DNA of 64,000 nucleotides, from assembly GCA_003962975.1 (NCBI GenBank), contig RXKC01000003.1:156381-220380 (forward strand), given 5' to 3'. Origin of the DNA: Candidatus Saccharimonadota bacterium (GTDB lineage: Bacteria > Patescibacteriota > Saccharimonadia > Saccharimonadales > AWTP1-31). Positions 9,987-19,558 of the stretch are shown here, piece by piece. The position numbers and the translations under genes were made by a program. The notes under the pieces were generated by a model that was not told the origin of the DNA, did not search any database, and saw nothing but the letters and a program-made list of their open reading frames with translations. Every line of letters begins with the position of its first letter. Position 1 is the first letter of the stretch.

Positions 9987-10739
9987 ATGGCTGTTATCCA
10001 TCTTGCTGACGCTGTTCGACAAGATCCAAGCATCGCACAAGTTTCTTGGAATGAGGTTCAGGCTGCCGTTCAAGAAACACTTCCAGGCAGTGATTTTCAT
10101 GATCGTTACCGCGAACTTGCGCATGTAGGTTTGGCTGGTGCGATTGTTGGCGACCAGATGACAGCCGGCTCGATGAATCCGCTTGAATCTGCGATACAAG
10201 ACGGCCGTGACCCGAAAACTCTTATAGAAAACATGCCGTTTTTTGCCAGCAATAAACATTTGTATCCTGAAGTCTGGGCTACACAACCACAAGACGAACG
10301 CCTACTAGGCGGTCCAGTGCCGGAATTTTTAGGCCGTTATGGGGCATTCGCTCTCGCAAAAATTAACGCGCTCACCGGGACAATTGGCAAAAGTAGCTTT
10401 AACCACGTGCGACTAAACCTCGGTCCAGGACGCTCCGGTTTTGCCGGCGGTATCCGCGACTACCATGCACTGCTTTCTATCAGCGGCCTTTGGGAAGTGC
10501 ACGACCATGTTGTGGCTGGCTTATTTGCAGACGATGTAGCAGCTCGAACTGGCAAAGGTCCAGAAGATTGGGCAGTTGAAGATAAAGCCGAAGAACTCTC
10601 ACGTGTGTTCACAATTCTCAAACGTCAATTCCCACGACACAACCAACTACCACTTACCAAGCGTTTGCCACTTATTACAGTCTTATCTGCGGCAGACAAA
10701 ATACGCGCTGAGCGTAACAAGAGCGCAGAACCTAGATAG
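9987..10739 (+). CDS. hypothetical protein (no recognisable family)
   Basis: ORF 9978-10739 (TTG); ATG at 9987 is more likely. Soluble, with no motif I recognise. Wedged between purF and purD on the opposite strand, overlapping the purD 3' end by 8 nt. Confidence 0.55.
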   Translation: MAVIHLADAVRQDPSIAQVSWNEVQAAVQETLPGSDFHDRYRELAHVGLAGAIVGDQMTAGSMNPLESAIQDGRDPKTLIENMPFFASNKHLYPEVWATQPQDERLLGGPVPEFLGRYGAFALAKINALTGTIGKSSFNHVRLNLGPGRSGFAGGIRDYHALLSISGLWEVHDHVVAGLFADDVAARTGKGPEDWAVEDKAEELSRVFTILKRQFPRHNQLPLTKRLPLITVLSAADKIRAERNKSAEPR

Positions 10740-12033
10740 CTTGATAGCCAATATCGGTACGGTACTGCATATCGGCAAAATGTATGCCGTCTTTACCAAT
10801 AGCTGCGTAGGCATGTTGCGCCGCCTCAGCAACAGTGTCACCAAAACCAGTTACGTACAGCACTCTACCGCCCGCAGTCACAATGTCTGAATCTTTTTTG
10901 GCAGTGCCGGCATGTTGCACGACAACGTTTTTATATTTTTTGCCGAGACCATGAATAACATCACCCTTCCGCGGACTATTTGGATACCCAATAGCTGCTA
11001 TGGCAACTGTCAACGAGGCCTTCACACTGGTTGGAACTTGCAAATGACTAATGTCATCATTGGCAGCACTGGTTAGAAGGTCAGCAACATCAACTCCAGA
11101 CTGCTGCATGGACGTTAAGAGAACCTGGGTTTCCGGGTCACCAAAACGAGCATTGTATTCAATGACTACTGGGTCGCCACCGCGTTGTTTGGCAAGCATT
11201 AAGCCAATATAAAGAACACCTTGATAGGGCGTACCGTCACTGGCAATAGCTGCGATCGTTTTCTTAGCAATGTCGTGAATTTTGGCAGTCTGCTCGCTGT
11301 CTACAATGGTGCCGGGAACTGGGCAATATGAACCCATACCCCCAGTGTTGGGGCCCTGGTCACCGTCCTGCAGTCGTTTGTGATCTTGGGCAAAAGGCAA
11401 CATAAAAATATCTTTGCCGTCACTCACCGCAAAGGCAGAAACTTCAGGTCCGCTCAGTCGTTCTTGAATCACCACACCTGTCATACCGGCGCCGTCGTAG
11501 GCATCGCTCGAAAACATAAGCTCGAGTGTTTGCACAGCCTCTTGCTTGCTTCTTGGTAACACCACGCCCTTACCTGCGGCCAAGCCGTCAGCCTTTAGCA
11601 CATAACTTTTGGGTGATTTATCGGCAATGATTTCCAGTGCTTCTTCTAGGTTACCAGCCGTCCAAAACTCTGGTTGCGGTACGTTGTGCCGTTTCATAAA
11701 ATCGGCGGCAAAGGCTTTGCTGGACTCTAACTTTCCGGGTTGCAGATTAGGCCCAAACACAGCCACACCCTCTGCACGAAGCGCATCACCAACGCCTGCA
11801 GCGACTGATGCATCAGGTCCAATAATAACTGTGTCAACTGACCGTTCTTTAACTAAAGCAATCTGGGCCTCTATTTCTATCGGACCAATTGGCGCATTCA
11901 CAGTTTTAGATAACAGAGCCGTTCCGGCGTTGCCGGGGGCGACTATGACACTGCCTACAGCAGCAGACAAAGACATTTGTCTGGCCAGTTCGTATTCCCT
12001 ACCACCACTTCCAATTACGAGTACTGTCTGCAC
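10732..12033 (-). CDS. purD: phosphoribosylamine-glycine ligase
   Basis: 433 aa. VLVIGSGGREYELA...GPNTGGMGSY...ATP-grasp PurD layout. GTG start with AAGGAGG 6 nt upstream. Confidence 0.92.
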   Translation of the reverse strand: MQTVLVIGSGGREYELARQMSLSAAVGSVIVAPGNAGTALLSKTVNAPIGPIEIEAQIALVKERSVDTVIIGPDASVAAGVGDALRAEGVAVFGPNLQPGKLESSKAFAADFMKRHNVPQPEFWTAGNLEEALEIIADKSPKSYVLKADGLAAGKGVVLPRSKQEAVQTLELMFSSDAYDGAGMTGVVIQERLSGPEVSAFAVSDGKDIFMLPFAQDHKRLQDGDQGPNTGGMGSYCPVPGTIVDSEQTAKIHDIAKKTIAAIASDGTPYQGVLYIGLMLAKQRGGDPVVIEYNARFGDPETQVLLTSMQQSGVDVADLLTSAANDDISHLQVPTSVKASLTVAIAAIGYPNSPRKGDVIHGLGKKYKNVVVQHAGTAKKDSDIVTAGGRVLYVTGFGDTVAEAAQHAYAAIGKDGIHFADMQYRTDIGYQAI

Positions 12034-12079
12034 TGCACGCCTCCTTTTTGTCTAGCATAGCACACGCTATACTGTGGCC

Positions 12080-12799
12080 ATGAGTTCAGGTCGTATACCC
12101 CGTGTGGCCGTATTTGCATCTGGTGGAGGCAGCACCTTTCGCGCCGTCGCCGAAGCCATTGCTGAAGGTCTGGTTGACTTTGAAGTTGTGCTGGTATTAA
12201 CCGATAGAGAAGATGCCGGGATCTTAGACCAAGTGGCAGAGGTTAATACGCTGCACGGCTTTGATATCAAAACTGAAGTGGTAAATAAAAAGCGTTATCC
12301 TGGTAATCCACAAGGTCGTGGACAAACAGCAGAAGAAGCTGAAGCTACACTGCGTTTTTTAAAACAGTACAAAGTAGACCACCTCAGCTTACTGGGCTTT
12401 ATGCGCATTATCGCGCCGCAGGTTATCGAAGCCTACGGCTGGAAACCAGAATATGCAATCCAAGATCCCAAACATAACGGCGCTTACCTAGCGCGCATGA
12501 CTAATACACATTGCGGTATCTTGCCAGACACTATCGATACGTATGGCGTTCACATTCAAGAACGAGTCTTGAAGCTGGGACTGACTGAGTCTGCGCACAC
12601 CGTACACATGGTGGGCGTTGGCATTGACGAAGGACCTGTGATTGCCGAACATAGCATTCGCGTCTTTCCTGCCAGTAAGTACACAGGGACCGACGCTGAT
12701 ACTCCCGAAAAGTTGTTTGCCCGTGTCCGTCAGGTAGAACAAGCCAACATCGCCTTTGATATTGATGCGTTCCTTAAAGACCAAGCACTGTTTCTGTAG
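12080..12799 (+). CDS. purN: phosphoribosylglycinamide formyltransferase
   Basis: ORF 12074-12799. RVAVFASGGGSTFRAV, a formyl-transferase core containing NTHCGILP, and VHMV...IDEGPVI. ATG 12080 preferred; TATACT box at 12067-12072. Confidence 0.85.
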   Translation: MSSGRIPRVAVFASGGGSTFRAVAEAIAEGLVDFEVVLVLTDREDAGILDQVAEVNTLHGFDIKTEVVNKKRYPGNPQGRGQTAEEAEATLRFLKQYKVDHLSLLGFMRIIAPQVIEAYGWKPEYAIQDPKHNGAYLARMTNTHCGILPDTIDTYGVHIQERVLKLGLTESAHTVHMVGVGIDEGPVIAEHSIRVFPASKYTGTDADTPEKLFARVRQVEQANIAFDIDAFLKDQALFL

Positions 12800-12855
12800 A
12801 CACAAAAGACGAAACAATAGAACTGGTTGGGGCGGCTTAGTATACAATAAAAGTA

Positions 12856-13716
12856 ATGGGAGTTTTATTGACCAGCAAAGATCTGGTGGAGCAGATCCGT
12901 GCCAATCAAAAGCAGGCAGCGGAAGCTTTGTTGGCGCGCGGCATAACTCCGCGCCTAGCCATTGTGTTAACCATTGATAGTCCGGTTACTAATAGTTACA
13001 TGGGTATGAAGCAGCGTTATGGCGCGAATCTTGGCGCCACCGTTGACGTACACCGAATCGACTTGGCTGACGCACCAGCAAAAATTGCTGAGCTAAATGC
13101 CGACAAAAGTGTGCACGCTATTATTGTGCAGTTGCCGCTTTCTGACACCAACCGAACTGAAGAGATCGTTAACTTAGTCGCACCAGAAAAAGACGTCGAT
13201 GGATTAGGAGAAAAAGCTACTTTTATACCTGCTACCCCCATGGCGATTCTGTGGCTAATTGCTGGGCACAAAGTTGATATGCATGACAAAAAAGTAGTCT
13301 TGGTCGGTCGCGGCAAGCTGGTGGGTGCGCCATTAGAAAAACTACTCGGCGACGAAGGCATAGATGTAACAGTTGCCACACGTTCGACCACTCCAGATAT
13401 CCCAGCCGTTACCAGAAACGCCGACGTTATTATTACTGCTACTGGCTTTCATGGTGCTGTTCATTCTGACATGGTAAAAGATGGCGCCGTTGTGGTTGAC
13501 GCCGGAGTCGCCAGTGAAGGCAACAAAACCATTGGCGATCTCAGCCCAGATATTTATGAGCGTGGTGATCTGTTGGTAACTCCACAAAAAGGTGGCGTAG
13601 GACCGCTGACCGTATGTGCTCTATTCGAAAACGTTCTGAACGCTGCGGGTGGAACACTAGATGGCGGCTCAGCCACAGTGTTTTATCAAGCCGGCAAAGA
13701 AAAGGTGCAGGCTTAA
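12856..13716 (+). CDS. folD: bifunctional 5,10-methylene-THF dehydrogenase / methenyl-THF cyclohydrolase
   Basis: 286 aa. VQLPL...DVDG...PATPMAILWLI...VVLVGRGKLVGAPL...GGVGPLTVCALFENV. Confidence 0.92.
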   Translation: MGVLLTSKDLVEQIRANQKQAAEALLARGITPRLAIVLTIDSPVTNSYMGMKQRYGANLGATVDVHRIDLADAPAKIAELNADKSVHAIIVQLPLSDTNRTEEIVNLVAPEKDVDGLGEKATFIPATPMAILWLIAGHKVDMHDKKVVLVGRGKLVGAPLEKLLGDEGIDVTVATRSTTPDIPAVTRNADVIITATGFHGAVHSDMVKDGAVVVDAGVASEGNKTIGDLSPDIYERGDLLVTPQKGGVGPLTVCALFENVLNAAGGTLDGGSATVFYQAGKEKVQA

Positions 13717-13717
13717 C

Positions 13718-14398
13718 ATGAAGTTCGTCAAAGTCAGCAGCCCGCAACCTGTCATCGATCATCTAACCGCGCAACTTGTGGCTGCACTGCAAAACGGCCA
13801 GCAAGTTTTATGGCTCGTACCTGGCGGTTCCGCAATTGGAGTGGCTGTAGCTGTGGCAAAAAACTTAGCTGGTGTTAACACGAACAACTTACACATATCA
13901 CTCACTGACGAAAGATATGGTGAGGTCAATCATACCGACTCGAACTGGAAGCAACTGCTCGATCAAGGTTTTGCTGTTCCGGGAGCTAACCTACACCCGG
14001 TCCTTACTGGCCATGATCGAGCCACAACAACACAGGCATATGCCGCAACTCTGGCTAAGTTACTTGAACAATGCCAGGTACGTATAGGTTTTTTTGGTAT
14101 TGGCCCCGACGGTCATACTGCTGGGATCTTGCCTGGCTCATCCGCCGTTACGGCAACAGCTTTTGCGGCTGATTACGACGCCAACTTTGAACGCATTACC
14201 ATGACACCACCGGCCATCGCTAAACTGACAGAAGCTGTGGTCTACGCAACTGGCGAAGCAAAGTGGCCCGTCTTTGACAGTTTACCTACAACTCGAGCTA
14301 TTACCGACCAGCCAGCTCAAGCTTTAAAGACCATCGAAAAACTCACTATATTCAATGACCACATACAATCTGAAGAAACCGAAGGAGACAACTCATGA
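13718..14398 (+). CDS. pgl: 6-phosphogluconolactonase
   Basis: ORF 13661-14398 trimmed to ATG 13718, 1 nt after the folD stop. PGGSAIG...SLTDERYG...FFGIGPDGHTAGILPGS is the Pgl/NagB-family signature. Confidence 0.8.
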   Translation: MKFVKVSSPQPVIDHLTAQLVAALQNGQQVLWLVPGGSAIGVAVAVAKNLAGVNTNNLHISLTDERYGEVNHTDSNWKQLLDQGFAVPGANLHPVLTGHDRATTTQAYAATLAKLLEQCQVRIGFFGIGPDGHTAGILPGSSAVTATAFAADYDANFERITMTPPAIAKLTEAVVYATGEAKWPVFDSLPTTRAITDQPAQALKTIEKLTIFNDHIQSEETEGDNS

Positions 14399-15306
14399 AA
14401 CTAGCACTAGCCGGACTGGGCAAAATGGGCGCACAAATCGCGAAAAAACTAGCCGAAGATGGCCATGAAGTTGTGGCGTTCGACCTCAGCAAAGGCGCTT
14501 CTGATGCATTGGCCGCCCTCAAGCTAAAAGGCATTTCTGTAGTCACCACAAAGCAAGCTGTGCTTGATGCCTTTAACGGCGAGCAATTCGTACTGTGGCT
14601 CATGATACCGTCTGACTTTGTTGGCGATGAAATAGACGACTGGATCAAAGTCCTCCCTAAAGGCTGCACCATTATTGACGGCGGTAACTCAGACTTTCGA
14701 CTTACCCAAAAGCGAGCCGAGCAAATTGAAGCAGCTGGCCTGCACATGGTAGATTCTGGAACCAGTGGTGGTGTCTGGGGCTACAATAATGGCTTTTCGC
14801 TAATGGTAGGTGGCAACCAAGATGCCTTCACAGCCGTCGAACCAATTTTCCAAACGCTTGCTCAACCGAATGGTGCCTACCATTACTTTGGCCAAGCCGG
14901 CAGTGGGCACTACGTAAAAATGGTACATAACGCCGTTGAATATGGCATGATGCAATCATTGGCCGAAGGCTACCGCATGCTCAAAGAAGGTCCGATCAAA
15001 GATATTGATTTGCCTGCGGCTGGTGAAGTCTGGCAGCATGGTAGCGTTGTGGTTTCTTGGCTTAACGAACTATCTCGTGATGCGTTGAAAGAAAATCCTG
15101 AACTTACTGGAATCGATGGCTACGTGGCAGAATCTGGTGAAGCTAGATGGGCGCTGGAAACTGCCAATGAACTGAACATTCCATTGCCCGCTATTCAAGC
15201 CGCATTTGATGTTCGGTTAGCATCACAAAAGGGCGAGACCAACTTTGCCACCAAAATGTTAGCAGCTATGCGAAATAAATTTGGTGGACATACCATTAAC
15301 AAGTAG
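14395..15306 (+). CDS. gnd: 6-phosphogluconate dehydrogenase (decarboxylating), short ~300-aa form
   Basis: LAGLGKMGAQIAKKL Rossmann motif. SGTSGGVWGYNNGFSLMVGG. GSGHYVKMVHNAVEYGMMQSLAEGY. ATGA overlap with pgl. Confidence 0.85.
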   Translation: MKLALAGLGKMGAQIAKKLAEDGHEVVAFDLSKGASDALAALKLKGISVVTTKQAVLDAFNGEQFVLWLMIPSDFVGDEIDDWIKVLPKGCTIIDGGNSDFRLTQKRAEQIEAAGLHMVDSGTSGGVWGYNNGFSLMVGGNQDAFTAVEPIFQTLAQPNGAYHYFGQAGSGHYVKMVHNAVEYGMMQSLAEGYRMLKEGPIKDIDLPAAGEVWQHGSVVVSWLNELSRDALKENPELTGIDGYVAESGEARWALETANELNIPLPAIQAAFDVRLASQKGETNFATKMLAAMRNKFGGHTINK

Positions 15307-15314
15307 ATAAACCT

Positions 15315-16667
15315 ATGAATGACATCCGAACCGAAACTAGCCCGCACGCAATCCCCCCCACCATACTTGTAATCGTAGGTATCACCGGTGATTTAAGTAA
15401 ACGAAAACTGCTGCCAGCTATCGAAAAATTAGTTGCTGCAGGTGCTGCTCCTGACAAGCTAAAAATTGTCGGTATTACCCGACGTGATGTATCTGCCAAA
15501 CAAGTACTTCAGGCCTTACCCGACGAGTTGCCTCACGGCTTTTTGACACAGAATATGTCGATGTTTCAAATGGATCTGTCAGTCAGTGCCGACTACAAAA
15601 AACTTGATGCTTATTTACACGAATTAGAGATTGGACTTGGCGAGGGTGTACAGCGACTCTTTTATTTATCTGTACCACCGCAAATCTCACAGCCAATCGT
15701 AAAACTGCTAGGCAAGAATGGTTTTGCCGATAAACCCGGCACCAAGCTGTTACTCGAAAAACCTTTCGGGACCGACCTTGAAACTGCACGCGAGCTTATT
15801 GAACAAACCAAGCAGCACTTTGCAGAAGAGCAAGTCTACCGCATCGATCACTACCTGGCTAAAGACATGGCACAAAATATGATTGTCTTTCGTGAAGGCA
15901 ATGCTCTGCTCGCCCATACCTGGAACAACGAATTCATCGAACGCATTGACATTGTGGCTAGCGAAAAAATTGGCATAGAAGGTCGAGCAGCCTTTTATGA
16001 ACAAACCGGTGCGTTGCGTGATCTTGTGCAAAGCCACTTGTTGCAGCTTGCCGCTCTCACATTGATGCACCCGTCGGTTACCCGCAATTTGCGCAACATC
16101 TGCCAGTGCCGTATTGATGCGCTACGACAACTACACATTGACGAAAGCGTGCCCTTTACCCGTGCTCAGTATTCTAGCTACGCCGACGAAGTCAAAAACC
16201 CAGGCTCTCTCACTGAAACCTTTGCCGACATTACACTCAAGTCGACCGACCCAGCCTGGCAAGGCGTACCCATTCGCATTGTCACTGGAAAAGCCCTCGA
16301 TAAGAAAGCCACGGAAATAAAGATTACCTACAAAAAAATTAACGAATACGAATCGAACGAACTGCTGATTCGCTTCCAGCCAAACGAAGGTATCGAGCTG
16401 CGACTTTGGACCAAAGTACCAGGCTATGAATGGAAAGTAGAAAATCACTCACTAGAACTCGACTTTCAAGAAACCTTCAACACTTCTACTGAAGCCTACG
16501 AACAAGTTCTGCTGGACGCACTCAAGTCAGACCAATCGCTCTTTACCACCAGCGAAGAAGTCATCGAAAGCTGGCGTATTCTCGCACCTGTGCAGCACGC
16601 TTGGAGCATGAGCCCCACGATCTCTACCTACAAACCTGGTAGCAACTACGACCACATCGCAGGCTAA
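15315..16667 (+). CDS. zwf: glucose-6-phosphate 1-dehydrogenase
   Basis: 450 aa. GITGDLSKRKLLPA, EKPFGTDLETAREL and YRIDHYLAKDMAQNM are canonical G6PD motifs. Confidence 0.92.
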   Translation: MNDIRTETSPHAIPPTILVIVGITGDLSKRKLLPAIEKLVAAGAAPDKLKIVGITRRDVSAKQVLQALPDELPHGFLTQNMSMFQMDLSVSADYKKLDAYLHELEIGLGEGVQRLFYLSVPPQISQPIVKLLGKNGFADKPGTKLLLEKPFGTDLETARELIEQTKQHFAEEQVYRIDHYLAKDMAQNMIVFREGNALLAHTWNNEFIERIDIVASEKIGIEGRAAFYEQTGALRDLVQSHLLQLAALTLMHPSVTRNLRNICQCRIDALRQLHIDESVPFTRAQYSSYADEVKNPGSLTETFADITLKSTDPAWQGVPIRIVTGKALDKKATEIKITYKKINEYESNELLIRFQPNEGIELRLWTKVPGYEWKVENHSLELDFQETFNTSTEAYEQVLLDALKSDQSLFTTSEEVIESWRILAPVQHAWSMSPTISTYKPGSNYDHIAG

Positions 16668-16691
16668 TTACTGAGATAGCAAAATTAGGTA

Positions 16692-17300
16692 TTAAACTAC
16701 TTCTTTTGCGCTATCAGATTTGAAGTAGTTTTTACCAACCTTAAACTTGATTAGCGTATACAGTGTAAGACATATGATTAAGATGTACACTGCAAATCCA
16801 TAGTTTGCAAAAGACCATTCTTTAATAGTCAGAAGAGTAATTGTTGCACTCAACGCGCCATTCCTGAACACACTTGGGTGCTCAGTCTCTGGCTCGTTAA
16901 ATGCTTTCACAAGTGTCGGCACCCCTGCTATTAAATCAGCGAGAATGCTAAATGTGATTGCCAGTAATCCTTTGCCAGTAATTAACCAAAGTATCAGCGC
17001 AAGGAGTGAAATAGCTCCACAGACAATATCAAGCTTTGTAATTTTCCAGTATGCTTTGCGATTAACGAATGAGGCAATAAAAATCAGCAGCGGTCCAAAG
17101 CCAACCATAAATGTCATTAGCGCAGCCCAAGTCACCCCTTCTGCTAACTGAGCACTGACTGCAATTAGCGGAGCAAGTGCCCAAAGAAACCAAGTTACAC
17201 GGTTGGGCTTTGTCTTGCCTCTTACAGTATTTAATGCGTAGGTTCCACTACCTATAAGATTTAATAAAGCCGCCAACAGAACAAATTTTTCATTTATCAT
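16692..17300 (-). CDS. polytopic membrane protein, unknown function
   Basis: 202 aa with roughly 6 hydrophobic segments. No recognised family. Confidence 0.6.
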   Translation of the reverse strand: MINEKFVLLAALLNLIGSGTYALNTVRGKTKPNRVTWFLWALAPLIAVSAQLAEGVTWAALMTFMVGFGPLLIFIASFVNRKAYWKITKLDIVCGAISLLALILWLITGKGLLAITFSILADLIAGVPTLVKAFNEPETEHPSVFRNGALSATITLLTIKEWSFANYGFAVYILIICLTLYTLIKFKVGKNYFKSDSAKEVV

Positions 17301-17335
17301 ATTATTCCTATAGTACGCTGTTTTATTCGTTTTCG

Positions 17336-18187
17336 TTAGTTAATGTCTACGCCTTCATAACAGTCGGCTCGGAACACGCCTAGCATCTGATCCTGCACGG
17401 CACCGCCATAGAGAGCTTTGCCTATCATTTCTGAAAACTCTGTATCGTACAAACCAGCGCGTCGGTTTTCGATGTGACCATCAAAAAGGCCGGCAGTCTC
17501 GTCACGAATAGCGCGTTCAGCATATTCTGGAATTCGTTCGTATGTAACATCTACCCATGGTTCTACGAGTGTTCCACTGGCACTCGCGATTATGGACTCT
17601 GGATGTCGTGGTTCAACTGGCTTCCACGAGCTAACATGATCCCTTTCTATTATTGCTGGGCCAATGTGAGGGAGGCCCGGACGGCCAAGTCTGTGTAGAC
17701 GATTAGTCACATACTGATAGCCGCCTTGGTTAGTGAGATTGTGGTGACCTGCAATATCACGTGCTATGGCAAGCCATCCGAGCTTATCAATTACATACGG
17801 GAAAGCCGGACCATACCACTCTTCAACAATACCTGGTCTATGTATATAGTGCACAACATCTGGGCCTGCGATTGCAATACTTGATCCAGTACCCTGCCAA
17901 ACTCGACGGGATGGTGCATGCATGGCGGCTAAAGATCCTCCAGCTGGTTTTTGAGCAACATCAAAAATGGCGTCTGCTGCATGAATATCTAATAGGTGTT
18001 TGCCCGCATTGTAGAGAGCAATCTCTCTAATTGCCTGGTCATCAACCATGCCTCTATCCGCAAGTTCTCTTGCTTTAGCACGTAATTCATCTTGTGCCGC
18101 CCACCTATCGGATGATGTGCCTTTGAATAATCTAGGTAGACCTTCTAGTAGTAATCTTTGTGTAGCATTTGTGCTTCGTTCTGACAT
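17336..18187 (-). CDS. hypothetical soluble protein (no recognisable family)
   Basis: 283 aa. AAGGAGAG Shine-Dalgarno before ATG 18187. Divergent from TrmB paralog 2. Confidence 0.6.
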   Translation of the reverse strand: MSERSTNATQRLLLEGLPRLFKGTSSDRWAAQDELRAKARELADRGMVDDQAIREIALYNAGKHLLDIHAADAIFDVAQKPAGGSLAAMHAPSRRVWQGTGSSIAIAGPDVVHYIHRPGIVEEWYGPAFPYVIDKLGWLAIARDIAGHHNLTNQGGYQYVTNRLHRLGRPGLPHIGPAIIERDHVSSWKPVEPRHPESIIASASGTLVEPWVDVTYERIPEYAERAIRDETAGLFDGHIENRRAGLYDTEFSEMIGKALYGGAVQDQMLGVFRADCYEGVDIN

Positions 18188-18265
18188 ATTCTCTCCTTTT
18201 CGCTTGTGTTTGCGAAATCAGAATAAGTATTGCATAAATAACTAAGCTTGCGTAAACTGTTCACT

Positions 18266-19051
18266 ATGTTGAACAACAAAGGCACCCTGCTGCTGAATCT
18301 TAAAAAACTAGGTCTTACACCTGACGAATGCAAAGTATATCTGGCACTTCTAGACAAACCCCAAAGCCATCTAGCCCTCGCCCGGGTTACTGGCGTTAAT
18401 CGTACCAAGGTGTACCGGATAGCAGATGAGTTAATCAGGCGTGGTCTGATCGCAGCCGAACAAGATGATACCGGCAAAAGACTTGCTGCCAATAGTCCTT
18501 CTAATTTAGAGATCGCCCTGACAACCGCCGAGGAAAAACTCAAAAACCAACGCCAACTACTGGATACCGTACTACCAGATCTGCAAGCTATATATACGCA
18601 GACCGACGGCACTGAGTCTAGCAATTTCACTGTTAATACCTACGAAGGTGTCGACGGTTTTAAACAAATGCTGTGGAACGAATTGAAAGCTAAAGGTGAG
18701 CTTTTGGCGTTTGGCGACGGTACCCTGCAAGACCTGGTCGACGATGAACGCTGGGCAGAAAAGCACCGCGTCAAAACAATCGAAGCTGGTTACACACTGC
18801 GCGAAATCCTCAATCCGGGCAGCAAGCCAGCTGACTTCACCGCCAACACTGAGTTTGTAGATAAGGTGTTTCGCAAGCGATTAATTAACCGCGGTGTCAT
18901 TCCACTCGACCAGCAAACCGCTATCTATAACAACACTGTTGCTGTATACAATTGGCACGACGGCAAAAAGGTTGGCGTCGAAATAATCAGCTCTTCATAC
19001 GCCAACACCATGCGGGCGGTCTTTGAACAGTTCTGGAAGCTTGCCAAATAA
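18266..19051 (+). CDS. TrmB-family transcriptional regulator, paralog 2
   Basis: ORF 18248-19051 trimmed to ATG 18266 by alignment with paralog 1. LGLTPDECKVYLALLDKPQSHLALARVTGVNRTKVYRIADEL; YEGVDGFKQMLWNE (compare YQGIDGVKQMLWNE in paralog 1). Confidence 0.75.
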   Translation: MLNNKGTLLLNLKKLGLTPDECKVYLALLDKPQSHLALARVTGVNRTKVYRIADELIRRGLIAAEQDDTGKRLAANSPSNLEIALTTAEEKLKNQRQLLDTVLPDLQAIYTQTDGTESSNFTVNTYEGVDGFKQMLWNELKAKGELLAFGDGTLQDLVDDERWAEKHRVKTIEAGYTLREILNPGSKPADFTANTEFVDKVFRKRLINRGVIPLDQQTAIYNNTVAVYNWHDGKKVGVEIISSSYANTMRAVFEQFWKLAK

Positions 19052-19372
19052 CTAAAGAGCACCGACCATGTTGCGACGGCTATAACCCATAGCTGTTGAA
19101 CGTGCAGAATAATCGATAAAGCTTCGGCGGGGGGAACTAGAGCTATGATTGCGCTGTGCTGCCTGTGGTCGTCTGGCTGCTGTAGCACGAACCTGTACTT
19201 TTACAGGTACCGTTTGACGCTTCTTGAACTGTTGCTGTTCAACAAATTGTTCAGCTGCAACAACAGTATTCGAAACAGAACTGAGAATAGATTTTCCGTA
19301 ACGAATACCCATCTCTATTGGGTCGTCGGCCAAGATTTCGTAGTCAAGCGTGAGGTTAGATAGTAGGCTCAT
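19052..19372 (-). CDS. hypothetical 106-aa protein (acidic N-terminus, Arg/Ser-rich C-terminus)
   Basis: ORF directly downstream of a near-perfect sigma70-type promoter. No family recognised and no obvious SD. Confidence 0.4.
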   Translation of the reverse strand: MSLLSNLTLDYEILADDPIEMGIRYGKSILSSVSNTVVAAEQFVEQQQFKKRQTVPVKVQVRATAARRPQAAQRNHSSSSPRRSFIDYSARSTAMGYSRRNMVGAL

Positions 19373-19411
19373 AAATTCTTTTGGTGTTTTTGTTTTAGAA
19401 TTTGTACTTTC

Positions 19412-19438
19412 ATTATATCACGCTTGTGGTTTTGTCAA
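19412..19438 (-). promoter_or_regulatory. near-consensus promoter TTGACA-N15-TGaTATAAT
   Basis: The minus strand reads aTTGACAaaaccacaagcgTGaTATAATg. The -35 box is at 19433-19438 and the -10 box at 19412-19417, about 40 nt upstream of ATG 19372. Confidence 0.6.
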
Positions 19439-19457
19439 TACACGCACAAACAAAGAG

Positions 19458-19480
19458 AAAGGGCACGTCCTGTGCCCTTT
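19458..19480 (-). terminator. stem-loop terminator candidate after the tandem lipoprotein genes
   Basis: AAAGGGCAC-gtcct-GTGCCCTTT, a perfect 9-bp stem. On the minus strand it is followed by a T-rich stretch (cTCTTTGTTTGTg). Lies 79 nt downstream of the stop at 19559. Confidence 0.55.
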
Positions 19481-19558
19481 GCCGATCAGCCTGGTGACGC
19501 ATGACAGGAGCTTTGCTAGTTTCTCAACTCAAAGTCTGTCGCAGATCCACCAGCTCTT

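Noticed and set aside
13661-13717. N-terminal extensions offered by the ORF track (pgl from 13661, rfbB from 43301, rfbC from 44311, LCP from 35767, HD from 4017, TrmB-2 from 18248, purH from 8340).
   Set aside because: The extensions overlap upstream genes or promoter boxes and add non-homologous residues. Internal ATGs restore the canonical family N-termini and proper SD or -10 spacing.
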